From the IMG/VR virus record IMGVR_UViG_2740892107_000002: 38,912 nucleotides of DNA, one strand, 5' to 3'. The stretch is from a virus. Taxonomy: Duplodnaviria > Heunggongvirae > Uroviricota > Caudoviricetes. Position 1 is the stretch's first letter, and each line of letters begins with the position of its first letter. The position numbers and the translations under genes are program-made. The notes under the pieces are model-generated. The model saw only the letters and a program-made list of their open reading frames with translations, did not search any database and was not told the origin of the DNA. Positions 1-9,536 of this stretch are shown here, in pieces.

Positions 1-1543
<1,543 letters not shown>

Positions 1544-1597
1544 TAAAAATACTCCCTTTTGAGTGGTTAAAGTACTGAGATAATGTGGGGAGGATTT

Positions 1598-1623
1598 GAG
1601 AGATAAACGTTGGTTTGGGGGAA
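1598..1623. other. gix/hix-like invertase crossover site 1 (approximate 26 bp)
   Basis: On the minus strand TTCCCCCAAACC-AA-CGTTTATCTCTC: 12-bp half sites around a 2-bp AA core, similar to hix/gix architecture; lies at the 5' edge of a fibre C-terminal cassette. Confidence 0.6.
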
Positions 1624-2043
1624 GGCTCGGCGCTGCCCGTTGGTGTACCTGTTCCGTGGCCCACTGCCACACCGCCAGCAGGCTGGTTAAAGTGCGACGG
1701 GCGCGCCTTTACAAAAGAACAATATCCTGTTCTGGCCAGAGTCTACCCGACCCTCCGTCTTCCCGATTTGCGCGGTGAGTTTATCCGTGGATGGGACGAC
1801 GGGCGAAAAGTGGATACAGGGCGCGATCTGCTTTCACGGCAGGATGGTACAAGTTTTTCTCATTACGCAGGTAATTTTGACATTGGGTCTGGTCATTCAA
1901 TCAATAACTATGACCAAATCCTTGACAACCAACCTGGATTCTCCCGTTTTTCATTTGCAGGTCCTTCGCGAGGCGATGGGGTTAATTATGTGACCATTCG
2001 TCCCCGTAACATTGCGTTTAATTACATCGTAAGGGCGGCATAG
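1615..2043 (+). CDS. alternative tail-fibre C-terminal cassette C (promoterless, silent orientation)
   Basis: Translation GEGSALPVGVPVPWPTATPPAGWLKCDGRAFTKEQYPVLARVYPTLRLPDLRGEFIRGWDDGRKVDTGR... and C-terminal RPRNIAFNYIVRAA parallel the C-terminus of the expressed fibre; frame is open from the crossover site; no own RBS or ATG expected. Confidence 0.7.
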   Translation: MGEGSALPVGVPVPWPTATPPAGWLKCDGRAFTKEQYPVLARVYPTLRLPDLRGEFIRGWDDGRKVDTGRDLLSRQDGTSFSHYAGNFDIGSGHSINNYDQILDNQPGFSRFSFAGPSRGDGVNYVTIRPRNIAFNYIVRAA

Positions 2044-2062
2044 AAACGTTGGTTTAGGAGAA
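2037..2062. other. gix/hix-like invertase crossover site 2 (approximate)
   Basis: On the minus strand TTCTCCTAAACC-AA-CGTTTCTATGCC; same orientation as site 1; sits between the two plus-strand cassettes. Confidence 0.6.
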
Positions 2063-2083
2063 GGCTCGGCGCTACCCGTTGGT

Positions 2084-2566
2084 GTGCCTGTTCCGTGGCC
2101 CACCGCCACACCGCCAGCAGGCTGGTTAAAGTGCGACGGGCGCGCCTTTACAAAAGAACAATATCCTGTTCTGGCCAGAGTCTACCCGACCCTCCGTCTT
2201 CCCGATTTACGCGGTGAGTTTATCCGTGGATGGGACGACGGGCGCAAAGTTGATACAGGACGTAAGTTGCTGTCCGCACAAGGGGCAACGCTGTTAAGAA
2301 CAGCAATGCTGGATTATTATAACCAGGACACTACGGGAACCTCGGGGATAGTCGGCATGGGATTCAACAATGAAGATTCCATTACAGACCTTCGTGAGGG
2401 CAGCTTTAAAATGCCGGACGGGACAACATTCAGCGATCCTGTCGTGGCAATGTCAGACAATGGTATGCAGGCTACTATTCTGACCTCTATCAGAAGCGGG
2501 TATGCGAAGGGTATCACTGTCAGACCCCGTAGCATTGCACTTAATTACATTGTGAGGGCAGTTTAA
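2084..2566 (+). CDS. alternative tail-fibre C-terminal cassette B (promoterless, silent orientation)
   Basis: Same conserved N-terminal segment (PVPWPTATPPAGWLKCDGRAFTKEQYPVLARVYPTLRLPDLRGEFIRGWDDGRKVDTGR), divergent middle, conserved end RPRSIALNYIVRAV; followed directly by a tail-fibre assembly gene. Confidence 0.7.
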   Translation: MPVPWPTATPPAGWLKCDGRAFTKEQYPVLARVYPTLRLPDLRGEFIRGWDDGRKVDTGRKLLSAQGATLLRTAMLDYYNQDTTGTSGIVGMGFNNEDSITDLREGSFKMPDGTTFSDPVVAMSDNGMQATILTSIRSGYAKGITVRPRSIALNYIVRAV

Positions 2567-3180
2567 TGAGTAACACTGCAGTTCTGGATGAAAACGGTAT
2601 CGCCACTGTAGCGGGCGATATCACTGTATATCACTATGACGAGGAAACCCGGGAATACACCTCATCCTCTGTGGAGTATCTCGCCCTTGGGGTGGGTACT
2701 CCGGCACATTCGTGCGCCGATGCACCGCCGGAAGCAATTTCGGGTTACGTGGTTTGCCGGACTGCCACGCTGAACGGGTGGGAGCATGTGCCTGATCACC
2801 GCGGCGAGACGGTATACAGCACGGAGAACGGTAACCCCGTTCTGATTACCCAACCGGGTGATTACCCGGCGGACACCACCACAAAACAGCCAGCCACGCC
2901 ATGGGATACCTGGAACGGTGAGGCGTGGGTAACCGATACTGAACGGCAGCGAGCCGCAGAACTGGAGGTTGCCAGACAGCAACGCCAGCAACGGGTGAAA
3001 CAGGCGATGGCGTCCGTCGATCTTATCAACCTCAAACTGCGTGCTGGTCGCAGTCTGAAACCAGAAGAAACGGCAAAACTGAACGCCGTGCTGGATTATA
3101 TCGACGAGCTGAACGCACTGGATATCAGCAAGGCACCTGAAATCAGCTGGCCGGAAGCGCCACTGGCGCTTGCCGGCTGA
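2566..3180 (+). CDS. tail fibre assembly protein (Tfa/Mu U-like), currently in inverted orientation
   Basis: C-terminal region ...WNGEAWVTDTERQRAAELEVARQQRQQRVKQAMASVDLINLKLRAGRSLKPEETAKLNAVLDYIDELNALDISKAPEISWPEAP is typical of phage Tfa chaperones; ATG overlaps the stop of cassette B. Confidence 0.8.
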   Translation: MSNTAVLDENGIATVAGDITVYHYDEETREYTSSSVEYLALGVGTPAHSCADAPPEAISGYVVCRTATLNGWEHVPDHRGETVYSTENGNPVLITQPGDYPADTTTKQPATPWDTWNGEAWVTDTERQRAAELEVARQQRQQRVKQAMASVDLINLKLRAGRSLKPEETAKLNAVLDYIDELNALDISKAPEISWPEAPLALAG

Positions 3181-3186
3181 ACGGTA

Positions 3187-4641
3187 TCACGCCGCCCTCA
3201 CGATATAGTTAAATGCGATATTGCGGGGGCGAGCTGATACATAAGCCCACCAGTCATATCTTTGTGCACCTTTAGAGGATGCATCAAATATCCACTTTTT
3301 GCCATTTAAGACCCCCAGTTGATTAGAGGTTAAAGCGTCACCAAATCCGTATTGTGTAGAGCCGAGCGAACTGATATCTCCGGTATCATTATCATCAAAA
3401 CCGGATACGATAGTCCCTTCCTGAAATGAAAGTAGCGCACGCCCGGTATCAACCTTGCGACCACCGTCCCATCCACGGATAAACTCACCGCGCAAATCGG
3501 GAAGACGGAGGGTCGGGTAGACTCTGGCCAGAACAGGATATTGTTCTTTGGTGAACGTAGCTCCGTTGCACTGTAACCAGCCTGCTGGCGGTGTGGCGGT
3601 GGGCCATGGAACCGGTACACCAACAGGCAATGCAGAGCCTTCCCCCAAACCAAGGTAATTGAGGACATCTTTTATACTGCCCTTAGCGATAATAGCGCGA
3701 CCAATAGCTGTAAGGGTTGCCAGCTCTGCGCGGTCTGCTCCGGTAAAATAAGGCAACCGATCTGCTGCAGTGGCAAGTCCTGCCAGAGCAGTGAGCGTGG
3801 CATCTGCCGGTTGTTTTCCGTTTGCCAGATCGTATGCAGCCTTGACCGCTTTCGGTGTGGCGGCCAGTATTTCAGACGTGCTGTTGATGGCACTGCTCAA
3901 TTGTACGGTGCCTTTTGCCGTCAGCGAGGCAGCAGGCACTCCCGTTATCTGACTCCACGGGTGAGTGTGGCTGACGGGCGCCTTGCCGGCTGCAAGGTCG
4001 TATGCAGCCTTGACGGCCTTTGGTGTGGCGGCCAGCGTTTCAGAGGTGCTGTTGGTGTCACTGCTCAATTGTACGGTGCCTTTTGCCGTCAGCGAGGCAG
4101 CAGGCACTCCCGTTATCTGACTCCACGGGTGAGTGTGGCTGACGGGCGCCTTGCCGGCTGCAAGGTCGTATGCAGCCTTGACCGCCTTCGGCGTGGCAGC
4201 CTCAGTTTCTGATTGACTGTCCGTGGCGCTGCTCAGTTGTACGGTGCCTTTTGCCGTCAGCGAGGCAGCAGGCACTCCCGTTATCTGACTCCACGGGTGA
4301 GTATGGCTGACGGGGGCCTTGCCGGCAGCCAGGTCATATGCAGCCTTGACGGCCTTTGGTGTGGCGGCCAGCGTTTCAGAGGTGCTGTTGGTGGCACTGC
4401 TCAGTTGGGTGAACCCCTTAGCTGTCAGTGTCGCGTCCGGGTGGTTACGGGAACGTACGTGTTCAGCCAGTGACTGTGCGGCTTCCTCCGTTTTTTTCTT
4501 CAGCCATTTCGTCCTGTTTGCCAGTTGCCGGGGGGCTCGATTTGATATCCCGTCTGCACCACCCAGAACCGGATCTGATGTCTCCAGTTGATAGATATTT
4601 TCTTCCCACTTTTCTGTTTCATTCAGGTTTCCCATAATCAA
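3187..4641 (-). CDS. tail fibre protein (Mu S-like), constant N-terminal part fused to currently expressed variable C-terminus A
   Basis: 484 aa; four tandem copies of a 56-aa repeat (LTAKGTVQLSSATNSTSETLAATPKAVKAAYDLAAGKAPVSHTHPWSQITGVPAAS), a motif recalled from enterobacterial side tail fibres; C-terminus shares the GEGSALPVGVPVPW...RPRNIAFNYIVRAA frame with the cassettes. Confidence 0.88.
   Translation of the reverse strand: MIMGNLNETEKWEENIYQLETSDPVLGGADGISNRAPRQLANRTKWLKKKTEEAAQSLAEHVRSRNHPDATLTAKGFTQLSSATNSTSETLAATPKAVKAAYDLAAGKAPVSHTHPWSQITGVPAASLTAKGTVQLSSATDSQSETEAATPKAVKAAYDLAAGKAPVSHTHPWSQITGVPAASLTAKGTVQLSSDTNSTSETLAATPKAVKAAYDLAAGKAPVSHTHPWSQITGVPAASLTAKGTVQLSSAINSTSEILAATPKAVKAAYDLANGKQPADATLTALAGLATAADRLPYFTGADRAELATLTAIGRAIIAKGSIKDVLNYLGLGEGSALPVGVPVPWPTATPPAGWLQCNGATFTKEQYPVLARVYPTLRLPDLRGEFIRGWDGGRKVDTGRALLSFQEGTIVSGFDDNDTGDISSLGSTQYGFGDALTSNQLGVLNGKKWIFDASSKGAQRYDWWAYVSARPRNIAFNYIVRAA
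3640..3665. other. gix/hix-like invertase crossover site 3 (approximate), inside the expressed tail-fibre gene, inverted relative to sites 1 and 2
   Basis: Plus strand TTCCCCCAAACC-AA-GGTAATTGAGGA; same left half site and AA core as sites 1 and 2; falls at the constant/variable junction of the fibre (..NYLGLGEGSALP..). Confidence 0.6.
3815..4428. repeat. tandem 168-bp repeats (about 3.6 copies) inside the tail-fibre gene
   Basis: Near-identical DNA blocks recur with a 168-bp period, encoding the 56-aa repeat; they generate spurious antisense ORFs (3811..4212, 4213..4473). Confidence 0.85.
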
Positions 4642-5216
4642 CTGCTCCCGTGGTTATAACTGCCATCATGGATGGCGGTATTGTTATAGCGAATGGCCAC
4701 AGACTGATACTCCAGGCTGGCCAGATGGCAGCGGGCCGGTGCAAATGCAGCGAGCGTCTGACGCAGCATCGCGGCCTGATCGTTAGTAATGGGCTGTTTC
4801 AGAATAACGCGATAAACTGCCCAGGCGGCTGCATCTCCATGAACAAACAGTCCGTTATAGCTGCGATTGCCGTCGTAACTGAGACGACCTGTGCCTTCAA
4901 TCAGATCCACTTCACCAAAGCCAAAACGGCGGATAACTTCCCGGATTGACCACGGCGTCCCTTTATACCGGTGCAGTTCGATGGCTGCTTTTATAAGCAT
5001 GCGGCGAACATCGTCCGATTCCGCCAGCTCCCAGCCATCGCCAGACAGTGAGAACTGCTCGCCCAGCCATGGCAGCGCGGAACTGTCGACGATATCGACG
5101 AGAAAGACCATCAGTACGCTCAGGTCGATGTTATCCAGCCGTCCTGCCAGTCTTCCCAGCGTCCTGAGACTGATATCACCCTCAAGCGGTGGCGGGAGTT
5201 GTAATGGCTCAGTCAT
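4638..5216 (-). CDS. tail protein (P2 gpI / Mu gp48-like)
   Basis: 192 aa, position between baseplate J and the fibre; start overlaps the J stop. Confidence 0.7.
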   Translation of the reverse strand: MTEPLQLPPPLEGDISLRTLGRLAGRLDNIDLSVLMVFLVDIVDSSALPWLGEQFSLSGDGWELAESDDVRRMLIKAAIELHRYKGTPWSIREVIRRFGFGEVDLIEGTGRLSYDGNRSYNGLFVHGDAAAWAVYRVILKQPITNDQAAMLRQTLAAFAPARCHLASLEYQSVAIRYNNTAIHDGSYNHGSS

Positions 5217-6312
5217 CAGACACTCCAGTCATGTTAAGAGTGATTGCCGTACAGTTTGCCCATTCGTTTTCTGCCACCACCCGCAGTGCCGGTGTCACCA
5301 GTTCAACCTGGTACACCCCGGAAACGGACAATGCACTGATAATCTGGCTGGGGACAATATCGCGCCCCAGCGTGGCGGCACGTGATGCCACCCAGTTCTG
5401 TATGGCGCTGTTAGCGGCATCTTTTACAGACCTGGCATCCTGATCACGATAGATCGTAATCTTGGCTTCAATGGTGTAATCCACCTTCACTGGTGTTTTA
5501 GCCCGCACTGTATCAGTGAGTGGCCTGACTTTCTCATCAGAGCAGAAACTCTCTACCAGCGTGAGAACACCGCCGTCCGGCAGACCGGTACTGAGCAGCG
5601 GATACAGATCTACGGTCCCGGGAACCGGGGAAAGCACAGCAACATCGACAATGTTGGGATGGGCCTGCATGGCATGAAAGCGGTATGCGCCACGGCTTCC
5701 GGCATTGGTGAATGACTCCGGGGCCAGCCTGATACGCTCCCGGAGCCTGTCATCGTCTTCCTGTTCTGAACCGCCGGAACTGGCCGTCAGATTGCTCACC
5801 AGCAGGTCGACGTTATCAATCTCATCGAGTAACTGACTGACCTGCGCAGGTTGCCAGCCGTTACCAGCGGTACCGGGTTCGGTACAGGTGGACGTGACAT
5901 TGACCAGCAGCAATCCGGCCTTCAGTACCACATCTGTATCGGTGGCAAAAATAACGCTGTCGGAAGCGCTGACGCGGGTGCCTGCCGGGATCAGCACATC
6001 AATGGCCAGTGCCTCATCTACGGAGAACTGGAGCGTGGTAGTGGCAGGCTGCGCGGCAAGACGGTATACACCGACCAGTTCACCGAGGTAATCAATCATC
6101 GGCTCACGGGCAAAGGCGACCAGATTCTGCTTTGCTGCCTCCTGTACCGCAACCCTGACCAGCATTTCGCGATAGGCCCACAGATCAATCAGCAGACGTT
6201 CTGCCTGTGCCGGGTACAGCGTTTTGCCGGTATCCGCTTCATACTTCGCAATCATTTCTGCCGTGATTTTGTCGGCATCGCGTTCAATAAAATCGGGTTC
6301 TGTCAGCGCCAT
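5209..6312 (-). CDS. baseplate protein J-like (Mu gp47 / P2 gpJ)
   Basis: 367 aa; conserved gene order W-J-I; family assignment from recalled similarity. Confidence 0.75.
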   Translation of the reverse strand: MALTEPDFIERDADKITAEMIAKYEADTGKTLYPAQAERLLIDLWAYREMLVRVAVQEAAKQNLVAFAREPMIDYLGELVGVYRLAAQPATTTLQFSVDEALAIDVLIPAGTRVSASDSVIFATDTDVVLKAGLLLVNVTSTCTEPGTAGNGWQPAQVSQLLDEIDNVDLLVSNLTASSGGSEQEDDDRLRERIRLAPESFTNAGSRGAYRFHAMQAHPNIVDVAVLSPVPGTVDLYPLLSTGLPDGGVLTLVESFCSDEKVRPLTDTVRAKTPVKVDYTIEAKITIYRDQDARSVKDAANSAIQNWVASRAATLGRDIVPSQIISALSVSGVYQVELVTPALRVVAENEWANCTAITLNMTGVSDD

Positions 6313-6650
6313 AGCAGCTCCTGAGTCCGGGTCTGTCCGTCTGAGCCTTTCCAGCTCACCCGGAGCGTAAGATGTTCGCCGTCGACGGCGGGTTTAACTG
6401 ACATAAGCTGGCAGCGGGGCTCCCAGCGCCGGATGGCATCGACGGATTCGCGCACCACATGCGGAATGGCCCGGTCTACAGGCCAGTCGATATAAAGATG
6501 CAGATTGCTGCCGAACTCCGGGCGATGCGGGTCGCTGCCGCGGGGAGTCCGCAGGATAATTTGAATCGCCTGCCGGATATCATCCAGCCCCCGGACAATT
6601 TCGCCGGGAGCCTGCAGGGTCGGTTGCCAGAATACTGAGGTTGTTTTCAT
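6303..6650 (-). CDS. baseplate protein W-like (gp25/GPW lysozyme-like fold; Mu gp46)
   Basis: 115 aa; position after spike V; motif ...DPHRPEFGSNLH... consistent with the GPW/gp25 family. Confidence 0.7.
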   Translation of the reverse strand: MKTTSVFWQPTLQAPGEIVRGLDDIRQAIQIILRTPRGSDPHRPEFGSNLHLYIDWPVDRAIPHVVRESVDAIRRWEPRCQLMSVKPAVDGEHLTLRVSWKGSDGQTRTQELLWR

Positions 6651-6704
6651 GGGGGCAGTATTGCCCCCGTGCGGGAACGCTGATATTAAAGGCGTTTAAA
6701 AAGC

Positions 6705-7301
6705 TCAGTGGGAGTGGTGGCTGGAGTTTTCGCCATCAGACAACATACTGCCCGTGGCATGGGCATTCCCTTTAATCTCGATATTGCCATGGATGGTCGC
6801 GGTAACACCTTCACCACCAGAACCCGCCATGCCTCCTTCGTAAATCAGCTTACCCCTGACACGCAGATCTCCGGTAAGTTCGGTTTCCGGTGCGTCAATC
6901 GTGGCTTTCTGTGTTTTCAATACCACATCAGCACCACACTCAATGACAATATGCTCAATGCCGCCCCGGATGGTCAGAGTGTGCGTCTTCCGGTTGTAGC
7001 TGTACTCTGCACCATCAGCAAACCGGGTTCCCCGGATATTTTTGTCACTGAACGGTGGTTTATCGACGTCTGAATACACCGCGCCCAGAATAACACCATC
7101 CTCGCCGTTGGCATCGAGCAGCACCTCAACCTGCTCCCCCACGTCAGGGAGCCAGTAATCTTTGTTATCCTGGGTATTGCGCTGCAGCACGTTAAGCCAG
7201 TTTGTGCGCAGGTTATCGCATTCAGGCAGACGAACGCGGGCCTGAACCCTGTCGGCATCAACGGCACTGACCGTACCGACCTGACGAGTGACACCAGTCA
7301 T
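6705..7301 (-). CDS. baseplate spike/assembly protein V-like (Mu gp45)
   Basis: 198 aa; position between the D-like gene and W; Gly-rich C-terminal region and HHSH end typical of spike proteins. Confidence 0.7.
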   Translation of the reverse strand: MTGVTRQVGTVSAVDADRVQARVRLPECDNLRTNWLNVLQRNTQDNKDYWLPDVGEQVEVLLDANGEDGVILGAVYSDVDKPPFSDKNIRGTRFADGAEYSYNRKTHTLTIRGGIEHIVIECGADVVLKTQKATIDAPETELTGDLRVRGKLIYEGGMAGSGGEGVTATIHGNIEIKGNAHATGSMLSDGENSSHHSH

Positions 7302-8452
7302 TTTTTCTTCTCCTTAATCACCGTCGATGTACTGCCATCCGGGTGATAAACCGTGAGTTTCTGAGTTTTTTGTTTTTTCCCTCTTGTGACTGGCCCCCGT
7401 GCCACTTCCAGCTCTGTGGTGTAGCCGCTGTTACGGTCAAACGCATGGCGGGCAGTGGTTATGAGCCATGGCCCGGATAACTGCCCAAAACCCACCAGTT
7501 CAATTTTGTTGCCTGCTGTCAGTTGAGGTGTTCCCGTCAGCGTCAGGGAGCCGTTCTGCTGGTATTCGTTATGTCTGGCCAGTGCTGAATCCGCTTTAAT
7601 CCGGGCACTGTCCGGGTCGCTGACGCGGCTGTTAACTTTAAGTGAGTCAGCGCTGGTAACCTTACCACCTTTGAGCTTTTTGTCGCTTTCACGGGTACCA
7701 CCATCAGCTTCGTAGACGATCAGTTTTTTACTGCTGCTTTTCTGGTGTTTTACCTTTGCAGATTTATAGACCCGGTTGATGGTGTCACGCAGGGAAAAGC
7801 GGGCCACATCCTGCGGTTTTAACTGCCTGACCGGCTCCTGACTGCGCAGTGTGGCCAGATGAGAAAAAATCAGCTGGTCACTGACCACTTTCACTGCATA
7901 ACCATACTCGCTGGCCAGCCGGCGCAGAAAACCCACGTCGGTTTCAGCATACTGGGTCACCCGGTCGATTCTGATGGACTCAATGCTGCCCACCAGTTTC
8001 AGTCGGTGCTTTCTGGCAATCCGCCCCGCAACAGCTGCCAGCGTGGTGTTCTCAAAACCACGACTGGTTTTAGTCCGCAGGGCACTGTTAACCGAGGTGG
8101 CCACCCCACGGATAGAAACAACGGAAGCGGGCGAACTCACTTCGATCTCGTCTATAGAGAACGTACCGCAGGACAGCAGCTTCTCGCCCTGATAGCCCAT
8201 TTTCAGCGTCAGCGTGTCACCCTTGCCCGGATACCATTTATCCAGCCAGCGGCCATCGGTGTCGTCCAGCTCCACCTCAATGGTATCGGACTCATTTTTG
8301 ATGTTATCGCTCCAGGTCACACGGGTGACATAAGGCGCGATATCAGAGGTGATGTTTTTCTGCAGATACCACAAAGTGAACACCGGTGTCAGCACATCGC
8401 TGACGCCGGTTAACGCTGATGTGACTTGCGCAGTGCTGTTTATCTCAGCCAT
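7298..8452 (-). CDS. baseplate hub / late control gpD-like protein (Mu gp44)
   Basis: 384 aa; follows the tape measure, gpP-like and X-like genes as in P2/Mu tail modules. Confidence 0.7.
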   Translation of the reverse strand: MAEINSTAQVTSALTGVSDVLTPVFTLWYLQKNITSDIAPYVTRVTWSDNIKNESDTIEVELDDTDGRWLDKWYPGKGDTLTLKMGYQGEKLLSCGTFSIDEIEVSSPASVVSIRGVATSVNSALRTKTSRGFENTTLAAVAGRIARKHRLKLVGSIESIRIDRVTQYAETDVGFLRRLASEYGYAVKVVSDQLIFSHLATLRSQEPVRQLKPQDVARFSLRDTINRVYKSAKVKHQKSSSKKLIVYEADGGTRESDKKLKGGKVTSADSLKVNSRVSDPDSARIKADSALARHNEYQQNGSLTLTGTPQLTAGNKIELVGFGQLSGPWLITTARHAFDRNSGYTTELEVARGPVTRGKKQKTQKLTVYHPDGSTSTVIKEKKK

Positions 8453-8655
8453 GGGGCAATATCCTCTTCTGTACGGGCTTCTTCAGCCTCAATCACCGGG
8501 ATCAGTAACAACAGCCCGGAGGGCAGCACCGGCGTGATGGCCACGTGCGGATTGGCGGCAATAATCCGGGGATAGCCCAGCGGGTCACCGTAGTACTGCC
8601 ATGCCAGCGAATCCCAGCGCTCTCCGTCACGGGTAACATGTTCAAGAAACATCAC
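8440..8655 (-). CDS. tail protein X-like (small LysM-like tail protein)
   Basis: 71 aa; pattern W..YGD..G...IIAANPHV.....LPSG..L.IP resembles P2 gpX as recalled. Confidence 0.6.
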   Translation of the reverse strand: MMFLEHVTRDGERWDSLAWQYYGDPLGYPRIIAANPHVAITPVLPSGLLLLIPVIEAEEARTEEDIAPWLR

Positions 8656-9536
8656 ACACTCCTCGTCAGTATTCTGGCGGCCATTGCACTTAATTCCGGA
8701 GACATGCGGTTGAATGCTGTGCCGGCGGCGTTAAGCTGCCCGGAAACGGTATCCAGAGCACCTGCAATATTTCTTTTGTCCACACCACTCAGCGCAGACT
8801 GTGCCTGCTGTACATACGTGGCTGCTTCGCTGGCTGTTCTGGCCAGACTGATGGCATCGGGCATGGATTCAGAGAGTGCGTTAAACGCCGGAACACTTTT
8901 CCCCAGAGCCCCGGAGATATTACCCAGTCCGCTCATCAGCCCCGGCACACGGGTCAGTGCGACAACGGGGTTATCCTTCATTTTCTGTGTCACCCGAACG
9001 GCGCTGATAGTGGTCTGGAGTACAGACTGCGCCTGTTTCGCATAGTTGACGCCGTTGCGGATGAACTGCGCCACCCCTGAAGGTGAAGGTATGGCACCGG
9101 AGACCGCCCCGACACCCGGGAGCTTCGTGCGTATTGCCGGTGGTTGCAGAGGATTTTTCGGGTCACCGGTGTATTCCCGGAGAGACACGGTGGCACTGAC
9201 AGCCAGCACGTTGCCGGTACTGTCAGTCTGCTCGCTGGTTGCAGTCACATCGGTAATCACGAACCAGCCGCGATAGTCACCGTTGCCGAAGACCAGCGCC
9301 AGTGCCTGATGGGCTTTCATGGCTGTTCGCAGTCTCGCCAGCTCCACATCGGGTACACAATAATGCTGATGGAAAACCAGAGTTATCTGGATTTCGTCCA
9401 GCCTGTCGCCGACGAACTGCAGGCCAGGCTTACCCCCGATGCGGGCATGCTCCGCATAATCGACGCCGAACGTGGCCTCGAAGCCGTCCCAGTAGGTAAT
9501 CAGCTCAAACTCAATATCACCCAGTACGGCAAACAT
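8652..9536 (-). CDS. tail protein, Mu gpP (DNA circularisation N-domain) / P2 gpU-like
   Basis: 294 aa immediately downstream of the tape measure; N-terminal MFAVLGDIEFEL...GKPGLQFVGDRLDEIQITL pattern; family call from memory only. Confidence 0.55.
   Translation of the reverse strand: MFAVLGDIEFELITYWDGFEATFGVDYAEHARIGGKPGLQFVGDRLDEIQITLVFHQHYCVPDVELARLRTAMKAHQALALVFGNGDYRGWFVITDVTATSEQTDSTGNVLAVSATVSLREYTGDPKNPLQPPAIRTKLPGVGAVSGAIPSPSGVAQFIRNGVNYAKQAQSVLQTTISAVRVTQKMKDNPVVALTRVPGLMSGLGNISGALGKSVPAFNALSESMPDAISLARTASEAATYVQQAQSALSGVDKRNIAGALDTVSGQLNAAGTAFNRMSPELSAMAARILTRSV

Noticed and set aside
1544-1672. N-terminal extension of the invertase ORF
   Set aside because: Gin/Pin-family proteins begin at MLIGY; the extension is non-conserved and lacks an RBS.
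2662-2991. 109-aa minus-strand ORF that could have been a co-oriented tfa for the expressed fibre
   Set aside because: Antisense to the plus-strand Tfa gene; Cys/Arg-rich with no resemblance to tail-fibre assembly proteins.
3815-4428. Possible CRISPR-like array
   Set aside because: The repeats are 168 bp, contiguous without unique spacers, and in frame within a structural gene; no cas genes present.
3811-4473. Plus-strand ORFs 3811..4212 and 4213..4473
   Set aside because: Artefacts of the 168-bp tandem repeats, antisense to the tail-fibre gene; their translations are themselves repetitive.
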